DNA from: a virus | Direction: 5' to 3' (one strand) | Virus record (IMG/VR): IMGVR_UViG_3300029922_000055 | Span: 3,681 to 67,680 of that record | Length of the DNA stretch: 64,000 bases | Shown: positions 8,533 through 19,800 of the stretch, piece by piece | How positions within the stretch are numbered: the stretch's first letter is position 1 | Layout of the letters: every line of letters begins with the position of its first letter | Made by a program: the position numbers and the translations under genes | The notes under the pieces: model-generated | The model's database searches: none | Seen by the model: the letters and a program-made list of their open reading frames with translations, nothing else | Told to the model about the DNA's origin: nothing

Positions 8533-8794
8533 CTTTATCGTCTCCTTCCATATCTTTCTTAGATTCAAATTTATTTGTCAGCGCATATGTTCCAGCAGAT
8601 ACGCCACAAAGCGCAGTCAGAAGTATTAACATGTTATTTGTAATATCTTGATGATGGACTACAGAAAAAATTGCTATATAAATCGCAGCATAGTAACTTG
8701 ATACTTTTACTAACCTCTTAGAACTTGAAACTCCGTTCTTATCTTGAAGAAAATTTCCGAAATATTTCAAAACTTTTTTAGTAAATTCCCACAC
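8522..8794 (-). CDS. Putative holin (two transmembrane segments)
   Basis: DxNGxxSSKRL followed by two hydrophobic helices and a charged tail. AAGGAG RBS, GTG start. Confidence 0.55.
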   Translation of the reverse strand: MWEFTKKVLKYFGNFLQDKNGVSSSKRLVKVSSYYAAIYIAIFSVVHHQDITNNMLILLTALCGVSAGTYALTNKFESKKDMEGDDKDGK

Positions 8795-8960
8795 GTTTAG
8801 TCTCCTTTGGTCAATGTCCTGTCAGTATATAGTTGTCTGGCAAATTGCCTGATTTTTTAGACGCTTCTGCTTCAACTGCTTGTGTTGTCCAAGTCTCACA
8901 TCGAATCGGCATCCGTAGAGCACAAGCAACTCCTTGTGCTATTTGTAAGGCTAATTTTTC
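8795..8960 (-). ncRNA. Probable TnpB omegaRNA (scaffold plus guide) overlapping the tnpB 3' end; boundaries approximate
   Basis: This is the established location of omegaRNA. Hairpin AGCACAAG-GAGTTG-CTTGTGCT and GGATG...GCGTCT pairing are visible. Confidence 0.5.
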
Positions 8961-10025
8961 TATGTTCTTAGCGGCGTTAATGTCTCTGTCTAGGATAGCA
9001 TGGCAATGAGGGCATTCCCAAGTTCTATCTTCTAATGTTAAATCATCATTGATACAACCACATTCATTACAAGTTTTAGAAGAAGGGAACCAACGATCAA
9101 TTGCTTGAATTTGTTTTTGATTCCACACTGCTTTGTATTTTAAGAAATTGATGAACTGACTCCAACCAGCATCTGAAATTGCTCTAGCTAGTTTTCTATT
9201 TTTCACCATTCCTTTGACATTTAAAGATTCTATTCCTATAAAGTCAAACCTCTTGATTAGGTCTAAAGAAAGATTGTGATGAAACCAACTTCTTTGATTA
9301 GCTACTTTTTCATGGACTCTAGCAACCTTCACTCTTGTTTTCTTGTAACGGCTAGAACCCACCACTTTTCGACTCGGGTTCTTTTGAGTCTTTCTTAGCT
9401 TCGCTTGACTCTTGCGAAGCCATCTTGGATTCTCAATTTTTTCTCCATTAGATAAAATCAAGAAATCTTTCAATCCTAAATCTAATCCTACGATTTTATT
9501 AGTTTGTTCAAATCTAGGACTCGCTTCTTCTTCTACGAGGATAGATGCAAAATACTTTCCAGAAGGAGTTTTCGAAATTGTTACTGACACGAATTTAGAA
9601 TTTTTCTTAGGCAAACGATCTATTCGAATTTCTATGTCTCCTATCTTTTCTAACCAAATTGAATTTTGTTCTAATCTGAATTTTTGATTTGGGAGTCTGA
9701 AAGATTGGTGGTTGGATTTCTTTTTGAATTGTGGTCTACCAATTTTCTTTTTTCTAGATTTTGAAAAATATTGAGTTTTGAATTTTTCAAAATCTCTTAC
9801 TTTTTGTTGTAGTGCTCCCGCATTGACTTCCGTCATCCATAAGAATTCTAATTTTAGTTCAGGTGGTGATTTGTAAATTGGCTTAGTGTTAATTTCTTTA
9901 TCGTATGAATTAAAAATATCTACCATTTGATTCCAAACAAATCTTACACAACCAAAAGTCTTAGATAAAATTATCTTCTGTTCTTCAGTTGGATAGATTC
10001 TATATTTGTAAGCTCGTTTGGTCAT
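8811..10025 (-). mobile_element. tnpB: IS200/IS605-family RNA-guided endonuclease TnpB, stand-alone with no TnpA
   Basis: Start revised to MTKRAYKYRIYPT. RuvC residues GLDLG, IESLNV and DRDINAA are intact. CNEC/CPHC zinc finger. Confidence 0.93.
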
Positions 10026-10029
10026 ATAA

Positions 10030-10578
10030 CTATTTAATAAAAATATATGCAACCAAAAAAGCGAGCCCAACACCAAAACCTATACCAGAATCTCTCCAAA
10101 AATGTTCTTCGGAAACTCTTACATTTTTCAAAGAATCTACATTAGTTTTCATTTCGGAAATAGTCTCATCAGCATTTTTAACATTATCTAAGCAAATTCC
10201 TAAAAGCGCGGAATCTCTTTCCATCAAGTATTTTGCTTCTATAGCTTGCTTGGCTTGGTCTTGAGAAATATCTAAAAACTTTGTAGTGTCTTTTGAATAA
10301 TAAACACTATCAAACAACGTGACTTTTTTTGCAGAATCTTTTCCGGAAAATACTGAGTCAAGATTTCCAGAAACTTTTTCGAAATGATTGACCACGACTT
10401 TCTGCTTGACTATTACAGTATCATGAATATAACTCTGCCTATCTTTGTATAATGTATCTACTCTTGCAACAACATTTTGAATAATTTTGGATTCTTTTGG
10501 TTGAAAAAATTGCTTCCCTCCAAAAAACCCTATTAGCAAAGCAACAACAATTAGCACCCACCACATTTTTGTATTCAT
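10030..10578 (-). CDS. Membrane protein with N- and C-terminal hydrophobic segments, spanin-like
   Basis: N-terminal TM, coiled region, C-terminal GIGFGVGLAFLVAYIF. Would adjoin the holin if TnpB were removed. Confidence 0.45.
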   Translation of the reverse strand: MNTKMWWVLIVVALLIGFFGGKQFFQPKESKIIQNVVARVDTLYKDRQSYIHDTVIVKQKVVVNHFEKVSGNLDSVFSGKDSAKKVTLFDSVYYSKDTTKFLDISQDQAKQAIEAKYLMERDSALLGICLDNVKNADETISEMKTNVDSLKNVRVSEEHFWRDSGIGFGVGLAFLVAYIFIK

Positions 10579-10952
10579 GTCAATGTCCTCGGATTAAATT
10601 TAGGCTGAATTAACCAATCTTTTTTCTCAGCATTAGATAAAGTAAAAATGAATACCGTATCATTTTCTTCTGGGAGATTTAATATTTCTATCATATCCCA
10701 ATCTTCTAAAAGTAAAGCGACCGAGTTTCTTCTCAACAAATCATCTTCGGAAAAATTATTAAAGCTTGGTCGAGTAGAGCGCAACAAAAACATTTCTTTG
10801 AAGTGACAAAGATAATAATGAGAGTCTATGTCTTTGTAAAGGTGACAGGAAGGATATAAGATTTTTCTTTTCTTATCTCCTACACCCATTCTCATCAAAG
10901 TTTCGTTTATAATATTTTCATTAACTTTCGGAATAATTTCTAACAAATCCAT
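10575..10952 (-). CDS. regA: Translational repressor RegA
   Basis: ETLMRMGV...LYPSCHL...YYLCHFKEM...RRNSVALLLEDW matches T4 RegA. Confidence 0.92.
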   Translation of the reverse strand: MDLLEIIPKVNENIINETLMRMGVGDKKRKILYPSCHLYKDIDSHYYLCHFKEMFLLRSTRPSFNNFSEDDLLRRNSVALLLEDWDMIEILNLPEENDTVFIFTLSNAEKKDWLIQPKFNPRTLT

Positions 10953-11483
10953 TTAACAGTCCCCAGGTTCTACCCTTAAAAACTCGTAAGCAATAGTAGT
11001 AGAAAATGTTATTTCTTCGTCTACTCCATTTGTCATAGATAGTGAACCTAAATCTGTTAAGAAAGCATTCTCGAAAATAAATTTCATCTTAGTTCTTTTC
11101 ATATTATCTAAAAACAATAATTTAAGTTCCTTTATGCAATTCAATCTAAAATATTTCTGACTATCCATATTATGCTCTTCTCTCAATTCACTAATCCAAG
11201 TTCTAAAAATAAGATAATTCATACATCCTTCGGAAACTTTGAAATCCATAGTAATAGAATTCAAATCATCATTTATTTTAGATACGGGATGATTGATAGA
11301 ATAGTTCATAAAATTTGATTTTACTAATTCTAAAGTATATGAAGGAAACGTTACCGACTTTACATAATTATCGAACAACGACATATCATTTATATAGGCG
11401 GAAATAGTTGGAGAGAAGCCAGGAATATTAGAAAATACGGCTTGCCATTTATCGCTGTGTTGAACATTTGGAAAGCCGGACAT
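10953..11483 (-). CDS. Tail-tube-fold protein (gp3-like tail terminator)
   Basis: V.SVTFPS...LLFLDN....KFIFENAFLTDLGSL...F..TIAY pattern of the gp3/gp19 family. Confidence 0.6.
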   Translation of the reverse strand: MSGFPNVQHSDKWQAVFSNIPGFSPTISAYINDMSLFDNYVKSVTFPSYTLELVKSNFMNYSINHPVSKINDDLNSITMDFKVSEGCMNYLIFRTWISELREEHNMDSQKYFRLNCIKELKLLFLDNMKRTKMKFIFENAFLTDLGSLSMTNGVDEEITFSTTIAYEFLRVEPGDC

Positions 11484-11497
11484 AAAATTATTCTAAC

Positions 11498-12001
11498 TTA
11501 CTTCAAAAGGTCTGCAAAAGATTCTTTCACAAACACCTTCAAAGGTTCCCAAACATGCTTCTCAATCTCTGTTGGAAAATGTTCGAAAGAAATCTTGGGC
11601 AATTCTACTTCAATCTCTTCTTTAAGAAATGCTTCAAATTCTCTTTTAGCAGTTTCAAACTTTTCAATAGCGCCTTTATGTGTGGTCACCAAGTCTTCAA
11701 TTTCTTTAGATGCCAATTGAATAGATTCTTGAGGAACTTTTACTTGGTCGTTGGTTACAATAGCATTTCCAGCAGCATCCTTTTCGGCATACTTAGACAA
11801 AATTGACACTCTAAGATTGTTAAATTTTGCATACTCTTCCGAATAAAGCTCTCTAGTTTTATCTTCAATTTCTTTTACAATAGGCTCTAAAATAGTTTTT
11901 GCATGTGTTATAGCAAGCAAAAAATACTTGTTATAAATTTTCACATCAAGTTCTGAAATTTTCTTACTCAAATTAAAAAGGGTTTCCCTGCTCAAGTTCA
12001 T
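11498..12001 (-). CDS. Hypothetical helical protein, possible tail-fibre chaperone (paralog of 12007..12396)
   Basis: Shares LYxEEYxKF and REFEAFL motifs with its neighbour. Lies downstream of a tail fibre. Confidence 0.55.
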   Translation of the reverse strand: MNLSRETLFNLSKKISELDVKIYNKYFLLAITHAKTILEPIVKEIEDKTRELYSEEYAKFNNLRVSILSKYAEKDAAGNAIVTNDQVKVPQESIQLASKEIEDLVTTHKGAIEKFETAKREFEAFLKEEIEVELPKISFEHFPTEIEKHVWEPLKVFVKESFADLLK

Positions 12002-12006
12002 GTGTA

Positions 12007-12396
12007 TTACTCCTTAGTTATCAAAAAAATTGTCTCAAGTGTTTCTTTATCGAGTTCCGTTATGTCATCCGGAAGTTCGGAAATATTTATGTAAACAAGA
12101 TTTCCGGAAAAAATTTTCGAAAGATGTTCTTCAAACTCTTTGTTCCTTTTTTCTTGTGTCTGTATTGCTTCCGAAAATTTAGAAATTACTTCAGATTTAT
12201 TTTCCGAACTATTGTATTCCTGGGAAAACTTTACATAGTCTTCTGCATATAGATTCTTCTTTAACTCTTCTATTATTTGAAACTCTGATTCTACAATTTT
12301 CTTATTTTGCAGAATCTTTGCTTGAATACTTATAGAAAAACTTTTAGGAATCTTTTCGAATAATGTGTAGATTTTTTCGATTTGTTTTAGTTTCAC
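12007..12396 (-). CDS. Hypothetical helical protein, possible tail-fibre chaperone (paralog of 11498..12001)
   Basis: LYAEDYVKF and KEFEEHL motifs. Confidence 0.55.
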   Translation of the reverse strand: MKLKQIEKIYTLFEKIPKSFSISIQAKILQNKKIVESEFQIIEELKKNLYAEDYVKFSQEYNSSENKSEVISKFSEAIQTQEKRNKEFEEHLSKIFSGNLVYINISELPDDITELDKETLETIFLITKE

Positions 12397-15300
12397 GATA
12401 ACTTTATTCCTGAAATTACTGAATGGGTATTACTATTCACAAACAACCCAGTAGATATTGCGGTTTGTGTTCCTGGGCCATATTTAATATTATTATATGG
12501 AGATGGAAGAATGGCAAAAATCTGGCTAACGTCTCCTGCGCCCCGACCTGTTGTTGCTGTTACTGAAACAGTTCCAGTAGTTTGAACGTCATCATAATTA
12601 TCATCATTTTGAAACATTATTCTAGACCCATAATTAGATTCTGCAACGGTGCTATTATATAAATTGAAAGAACAAACCCCGTCACCATTTATTGGACTCG
12701 CGTTTATAATCGTGGTTACATTATTGTTGGGTCCTTTATCGTAAGAAATAAAAGAGTCTATAATATTTAAATTTTGTATCCAATTTATTATATGTAAATC
12801 TTCTCCAGTGTTACTATTGCCGCAATTTGTTTGATATATTGTGTTTGAATTGTCTGGAGTAAATGTATATGGTATTGGAGAACCTAGATTAGTAGCATTA
12901 TACACAAAAAATATAAGATCGTTTGTTGCTCTATTTAATGAAATACTTATATTATATATTGTTCCAGAAAAGAATGAAACTCCAGGAGTACATATGATTT
13001 GGCCGCCATTTCCACCATTAGAAAGTTTGTAATATGTAGTAAATGGATTCGCGGTAGCTATTAAAACATCGGCCCCAATAGTTCCAAATGGAGAACCAAT
13101 ATTAAAAATATTCGTATTATATCCAGTTTCCGTAAACGTAATAACTCTACGATACCCAGCCCTAGAAAAATCAACAGAAAACGTTCTAGCGACATTTCCT
13201 GGGGTGGTTCCTCTTGCACCCGTAGAAAAATTTATAGCAAGTCTCATAGAATCATTTAATTGAGATATGCCAGGAATAGTAACTACTGAATTAGAACAAT
13301 TTCCCCCAATTTGAATGTTTGCTCCTTGAATTAGAACATTATTCGAACAACCGCCAATAATAATTTGGTTGTTTTGTGTTGTAGAAACATTATTTCCAAT
13401 AGCTATAGAATTATCATATGCCGCAAAAGATGTATTTCCTAATGCTACAGAATATTTTCCTCCAGCATTGTTTATATATCCTAAAGCTACAGAATAATCT
13501 CCTCCAGCAATTGAACTAAAACCACCAGCAATTGAATCTATACCAATCGCAGAAGTGTTTTCATTAAATGCAAAGGAGTTTGTGCCGAAAGAAACTGTGT
13601 TCACGCCGACAGATAAGGAATTGTCGCCATGTGCATACGTAGTATTTCCAAAACCAAATGAATTATTTCCATCAGACAATACTTTATAACCAAGAGCAAA
13701 ACAACCTGTTCCAAGAATTGCAGATGTTCCTTGACCAATAGCGACAGAATTTACACCATTTGATACCGTCATCGCTAGATATGGATTCGACAAAGGATTA
13801 AAATTTTGGCCAATGGCTATAGAATTATATTGTGATGCTAGAGAATTCGTTCCTAAAGCAATTGAATAAGAAGTAGTCGCACTTACATTTTGGCCAATTG
13901 CAATAGCTAATGGTGTAGATTTACTTCCCAACGAACTGGCTTGAGCGTTTACACCATATACAAAATTATATGGGCCAAATGCAGAAACGTTACTACCTAA
14001 AGCAAAACCAACATCCGACATTGCTACAGAATTTATTCCACCAGCAATAGAAAATACACCGTTTGCTAATGTTTGTTGACCCAACGAAAATGAACCAAAC
14101 CCTAACGCAGATGTCAATATACCATGTGCAAAAGAAACGCCCCCACCAGCATATGTTTGAAAGCCAAATGCCACATTAGACCCATCTGCGTCTTCCAACA
14201 TATTGCCAGCCAGTTGAATATAATCAAAATTTGTTGGGTTCGCTCTAGAAATCGCGGTTACAGATTTTCCATAAGCAAAATTTAATCCGTTTATTGGCGT
14301 AACGTTTAATCCAGGGTCCGCTCCGCCACCGTATAAAAGATTCAGAGATGCTAATGAACTATCGCCACCCGCAAAATTCAAATATCCGATTGATGACGTA
14401 TTATATCCTAACGCAACAGAGCCGAAGCCTTGCGCTAAAGATTTGACGCCTATAGAAACGGTATATCCGCCTTCGCCACCGATGTCAACTTCTGCGGACG
14501 TAGTATTGCCATTTGTCGTGGAATATCCAGTGGCGGAGGCATAACAACCTATTGCTACAGATTTAATACCAAGAGCAGATGTTTGATATCCTAATTGAAG
14601 CAAAGAATCTTGAGGACAACTAGTATCAATTGAGAGCACCGCCATATCAGTAGAATTAGGAAAAACTCCACCAATGCTAATCGGAAATCTTATTGTTCTG
14701 AAATCGGTAAACTTAGTCATATCATAACCAAGTCTAAGCTGTTGTTTAGATGGTTCGGTAACTGTTAATTTCGCAGCAGGAAACCACGATCCACCCACAG
14801 CGGAAGAAGATATTACAATGTCTCCAGTATAATTTAACCCGGACGCGGAAGTTGTGGTAGATGTAGGAAGTTTTACCCAATAGTTATTGTTGATATAAAT
14901 TGGATTTCCAGAAACTCCAGGAGAAACCGTGTTCCAATCAAACCCCAAATCTACACTAATTTCAAAATCGTTTATTCCGCCAGTTTGTGATTGTTTGAAT
15001 TGAGCTTGGTTTAAGAGAACAACCGAAAATAGAACTGGATTAAATGCGAACGCCACCCCATTTCCATAATCATCGATTCCGTTACTATTGACTTTTACCG
15101 CATATAACGCTAAACCATTAAACTTAAAAGAACTATTAGATGGAGGAATGCGACACTTGAATGTTCCTGTAGCGCATGTTAATCCATTAGCATTTGGAGA
15201 ATATGAATCAACTCTATAGAAAGCAGATAGTGGCCAATTAGTTCCAGAAATAGGATTATATGTAGAAACTTGCCCAGCAGTATATTGGTGCGTTCCTGAA

Positions 15301-15734
15301 ATGTTAAAAAATCCTGGCCCAGAAGGAGAAGTAAAATTAGTGCCAGAAACCACAACAGAAAGTGGAAGACCATTAGCATCTAAATTTACAGGAGTTGTTA
15401 CGCTTTGTGGAGAGGGGACATTAGTATTTCCACCATCTGACAAAGAACCCATAGTAGATTTCCAATAAAGAAAATTATTATTAGAAATCGTATAGGAAGT
15501 ATTTGAAAAAATCTTTTCACCAAATAAATTTTGAGAAGTTGCCGAAACATAATTCAAAGAGCTTATAGACAATGCTGTAGTATTTGCGTTTTCGCCTCTA
15601 GAAATAGTTGTGTCTAATCTATAATCATAAAAAGGAACGAAATATTTAATGGCAAAATAAGGACCTACAGGACCAGATGAAGTAACTGCTTGTAAGCCTG
15701 CCGAAGTAATATATGAAGAGATGTTCAAAAGCAT
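12393..15734 (-). CDS. Tail fibre / receptor-binding protein with YadA-head-like repeats
   Basis: N-terminal ITSAGLQAV baseplate-attachment pattern. Many 14-aa S(V/I)A(I/L)G repeats. Distinct C-terminal domain. Confidence 0.8.
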   Translation of the reverse strand: MLLNISSYITSAGLQAVTSSGPVGPYFAIKYFVPFYDYRLDTTISRGENANTTALSISSLNYVSATSQNLFGEKIFSNTSYTISNNNFLYWKSTMGSLSDGGNTNVPSPQSVTTPVNLDANGLPLSVVVSGTNFTSPSGPGFFNISGTHQYTAGQVSTYNPISGTNWPLSAFYRVDSYSPNANGLTCATGTFKCRIPPSNSSFKFNGLALYAVKVNSNGIDDYGNGVAFAFNPVLFSVVLLNQAQFKQSQTGGINDFEISVDLGFDWNTVSPGVSGNPIYINNNYWVKLPTSTTTSASGLNYTGDIVISSSAVGGSWFPAAKLTVTEPSKQQLRLGYDMTKFTDFRTIRFPISIGGVFPNSTDMAVLSIDTSCPQDSLLQLGYQTSALGIKSVAIGCYASATGYSTTNGNTTSAEVDIGGEGGYTVSIGVKSLAQGFGSVALGYNTSSIGYLNFAGGDSSLASLNLLYGGGADPGLNVTPINGLNFAYGKSVTAISRANPTNFDYIQLAGNMLEDADGSNVAFGFQTYAGGGVSFAHGILTSALGFGSFSLGQQTLANGVFSIAGGINSVAMSDVGFALGSNVSAFGPYNFVYGVNAQASSLGSKSTPLAIAIGQNVSATTSYSIALGTNSLASQYNSIAIGQNFNPLSNPYLAMTVSNGVNSVAIGQGTSAILGTGCFALGYKVLSDGNNSFGFGNTTYAHGDNSLSVGVNTVSFGTNSFAFNENTSAIGIDSIAGGFSSIAGGDYSVALGYINNAGGKYSVALGNTSFAAYDNSIAIGNNVSTTQNNQIIIGGCSNNVLIQGANIQIGGNCSNSVVTIPGISQLNDSMRLAINFSTGARGTTPGNVARTFSVDFSRAGYRRVITFTETGYNTNIFNIGSPFGTIGADVLIATANPFTTYYKLSNGGNGGQIICTPGVSFFSGTIYNISISLNRATNDLIFFVYNATNLGSPIPYTFTPDNSNTIYQTNCGNSNTGEDLHIINWIQNLNIIDSFISYDKGPNNNVTTIINASPINGDGVCSFNLYNSTVAESNYGSRIMFQNDDNYDDVQTTGTVSVTATTGRGAGDVSQIFAILPSPYNNIKYGPGTQTAISTGLFVNSNTHSVISGIKLS

Positions 15735-15777
15735 GTAGTTACCTGTAATTTGTTCGTTTCAATTATTTATGAAAGCC

Positions 15778-16800
15778 TTAATGAATGTTTATTTGAGAAG
15801 CCCTAGTAACATTTAGATTCGCCATTGTCTTAAAATTCAAAGCGACAACAATAGATGGTGCAGGAATATCTGTTATATATCCTTGCAAACCTTCTATAAC
15901 AACATTTGCTGGTCTTATGTCTTCCATAGCGTTTAATATATGAGAAGTTTGGTCAGAATAAACTACAGAATTGTCGCTGTTTGCTAAATCAATACCTACG
16001 GAAATATGCGGAGTAGGATACCAATCAGAAGGAATATCATCGGCTACATATTGCCCAGCAACAACTTTATTTTGTATCCAATTGTTAGCATAGTCATTCG
16101 TATAATAATCTACAATATCTCCAATTATTCCGAAAGATAGTAGCAAAATTCTAACAGCGTTTCTAGTAGTTTTTATAGAATACCAATTAGGCAAATTTCC
16201 TACAACGAATCTTAAACATTTATTTTGATATTCTGTCATAGAATCGGCATATAGTTTTGAAGAATTTGTCGAAAATGTCCCTAGTTCTCCTTTATTGATT
16301 CCTACATTATATCCTAACATCTGAGCATAATAAGGAATATATCCGGTTTCTATCTGGTCTATGTCATGTAAGTCTTGAAGTCTTTTGGTTTTCTCTAGAA
16401 CCGATAAATTACAAGGATTATCTACATCTGTATAAATTGTGTTAAGATAACTTTCGAAAAATTGAGTAAACTGAAAAAACTCACTAGGACTTCCATCATA
16501 ATCATCTCTCAAATATTGCGGAAGATAGTTCGTTAAATTTATTGTCCTATTAGTATCACAAGCTATTATAAAATTTTGTTCCGTGAATATTGTAGATTGG
16601 CCTACATAATTCATAGCAGATATTTGAACTACACCGTTTGCTGAAACATTTACAGGAACAGAATATTTAGAAACTCCTGCCAAAGATTGAATTCCAGATG
16701 TTACAATAGTTCCGGTGCTTGCAGACGTTAATCCGATTGAAGCGGAAACTATTCCATTTGTAAAATCAGAAATTCCAAAAACGGCGCTAATTGAAGTCAT
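15778..16800 (-). CDS. Baseplate wedge protein (gp7 / P2 gpI-like)
   Basis: YLPQYLR, DIDQI...YIPYYAQMLGY, WYSIKTT..AVRILL..FG and IRPANV motifs. Confidence 0.65.
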   Translation of the reverse strand: MTSISAVFGISDFTNGIVSASIGLTSASTGTIVTSGIQSLAGVSKYSVPVNVSANGVVQISAMNYVGQSTIFTEQNFIIACDTNRTINLTNYLPQYLRDDYDGSPSEFFQFTQFFESYLNTIYTDVDNPCNLSVLEKTKRLQDLHDIDQIETGYIPYYAQMLGYNVGINKGELGTFSTNSSKLYADSMTEYQNKCLRFVVGNLPNWYSIKTTRNAVRILLLSFGIIGDIVDYYTNDYANNWIQNKVVAGQYVADDIPSDWYPTPHISVGIDLANSDNSVVYSDQTSHILNAMEDIRPANVVIEGLQGYITDIPAPSIVVALNFKTMANLNVTRASQINIH

Positions 16801-16808
16801 AAAATTAT

Positions 16809-19800
16809 TTAGCGGCTAGGAAGAATCTGATAGGTAGCTTTTCCTGGAGGGTTTACGGAAATTATTTCTATAACCGGATAAGAAGTTTGTCCAGAAAACG
16901 TATTAACATAAACATAAAGATTTTGAGAAGCTATTGCGCCATTACTGTCTACAACATATGCAACAATTGTGTTCGTTTGTCCAGGAATTAAATACTGACT
17001 TGCCAAAATATTTCCGGAAAAATTATTCAAAGATGAACTTGTTAATCCTACAACGGTTCCTGATATATTAAGATATGATGCTACCAACGTTCCACTAGTA
17101 TTTGAATAACCAGAAACATTTACAGTAAACATTTGATTAAAATTAGTATTTGCAGAAGTTGTTCCAGAAATACTTGCAGAAATACTTGGCAAAATTCCTG
17201 TAAAGAATTTTTCCGAAACTGTAGTAGATTGCCCTAAAGTGTCATAAGCAATTGCCGAAATACTGTATGCAGATATTGAATTGCTTAATGCCGATAATGT
17301 AGCAGACCATATAGAACCCCCTTGGAACGTAGCTGATTGAGAAATTCCAGGAGAAGCTATTACAGAAACTGCCGAAACATTTGCCGGAAGATTTGCTTTA
17401 GCATCTACAGTAACGGACAATATAGTTCCTGCATTGTAATAACTATTTGCTACTGGTGTTATAATATTAACAACAGGGCCGTTTGAAATTGTTATAGTAT
17501 CTGAAGACACAGCGACACAACCACCATTAGTCAAAACTACAGCAGATACCGAATATATTCCAGGAAGCTTTTCGCCAAGCCAAGAATAAATATTTCCGTT
17601 ATAGTTGAATTGACTAACTGCTAAAAGATTTCCATTTGAATATATTTTTACAGCATTTATATCATCTCCAGAAGTAGATACATTAAAATTTATAGGAGTT
17701 GTTTGAGAATATATTGCACCATTTACGGGACTGTTTATAACAATTGTAGGAGCTTGCGATATTTGTCTAGGAAGATTTTGAGAAATAGTCTGAGTTGCGC
17801 CAGTTCCATTTGTGACTTTAAGATAAACACTTGTCGCACCTACTGTAGGAATTGACCAAGAAACTATCCATGGTTGAGAAGTTCCTACATTTGAAAGTTG
17901 TGGTGTTATATCTTGAATCAAATTATTAAAATTATCATAAAGTTTTGCACTAACAGAATACCCAAAGGTTCCTATAAGATTAGCATTATTATAATTAAAA
18001 TCTGTATAATTTCCGGATATGCTTAACGGAGTTCCATTACAATAGCAACTTGCACAATTGTTTGGAAGAATATTTGCGGAAACGTTTTGGTAAACAATAT
18101 AACTATATACGGTAGAATAATTTACACAATTTCCGGAATTCGTTATTTGAGAATATATGGTTGTTGTATCATTGCTTGCCGATATATAAAAACTAGCAGA
18201 ATTGTTTACTGAGCTTAATATTGTTTGCCCTAAAGAATTAGCAACAACATATTGAACAGATGCTATATTAGCTCCGGAAATAGTAGACGATAAACTAATT
18301 GTTCCGGCTGATATTAAAAATGTTTGGAATAGTGGACTATAAGAATAATAATTTGTAGATGATAATAAGTTAATATATGGAACTTGGTTTATCAATCCAT
18401 AATTTATAACAGCAGAAGAAACTATACCATAAGAATCTTGAACATAAAATTTTACAGCAGAGACCGAAGAAGATGGATTAGAATAAGAATATGTAAAAGG
18501 AACTAGTTCGTTGGGTCTTGTCCCACCCGAGGAAAGATTTCCCAAATATGTGTTGTGTGTTCCATCATAAATTACAGCAGAAACAGAGTTGTCTATTATT
18601 GCAGAGGATGGATTGACTGCTACATCGCTATCTAAAAAGTTTCCGGAAAATACTATAGGATTGCTACAAGTGCTGTTTTGAATACTTGCCGAAATTCCTT
18701 GTTCTTTAACATAAAATTGTAAAAGATTACTATCAATTACTGTCCCATTGGTGCTAGTAGCTTCTGCTAAAATCCCCCAAAATTTATATTGAGATTGTGT
18801 AGAAGACGTATAATATCTAGAAGAAGGAAGCTGAACAGTAGCATTATAAGGACTTGTAACATCTGTAGAAAGAACCGAGTCTCTTACGAAAGCATTTGCA
18901 ACAGGGTCGAATTTGTATCTCCAAAAAACGACATTAGAAATATTGCTTCCGATTACATTCGCGGACAAATTTATATTAGTAGAAGTTGTTATTACATTTA
19001 CTTTAGGAGAAATCAAAGACCCTTGAAAAGAAGCTCCAGGAAATGTCTGTGAAGTCAATGATATAGAAGCACTATTAAGATTAAAATTTAATGGAGTTAC
19101 CGTATAGTCCGAAGATAATGAAGGAGAACCATCATAAACTTTCGCAGATAATGTAAATGTTCCTGAAGCAGGATTACTCCAATTCCAAGTAAAGTTTCCA
19201 AAGCCGTTCGCATAACCAGAGAAAAGTATAGACGCTCCAGAAAGGATATCTACTCTATTATTATAAGTTCCATTTACATCATTTACTTGGGCTTGATAAG
19301 GATAAGAGCCACTAAATGTAGAAGATAATGGAGAAATTTGTATTAACGTCGGCGGGGTATTTACTACGAAAGGAACTGGATTTGCGGAAGCACTTACTCC
19401 GGAAATATCAGAAGCAATTGCATAAAGATTATAAAGACCAGCAGAAAGAGTTGCCGAAGGAGTTAATGATCGTGTCCAAATATTTCCGGCAGATGTTCCA
19501 GAACCTATTAAACCATTTGTGGCAGATTGAATGTAAAAATTTACAGCAGATACTGGATTTGTAATATACTGAGTAGACGCACTTAAAATGAATGGAGAAT
19601 TAAGAGGGATTATTTGGTTTACAATAGGAGAAAGAATTGTAACAGAAGGAACAGCAACAATAGTATTAAATGAAATGGATGCTATTGCGGATGTTCCATA
19701 ATTTGTAGTAGCTATTGCCGAAAGTTGATTAACACCGGCTATAGGAGAAGACCAATCAAATTCAAACGAAGCACTAGAACCAGTCAATGTTCCTAATGTT

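Noticed and set aside
8810-10589. 11-bp direct repeat GTCAATGTCCT at 8810 and 10579 as a TnpB self-target or target-site duplication
   Set aside because: The match is short and plausibly chance. IS605-family elements make no target duplications, and the match does not cover the presumed seed end of the guide.
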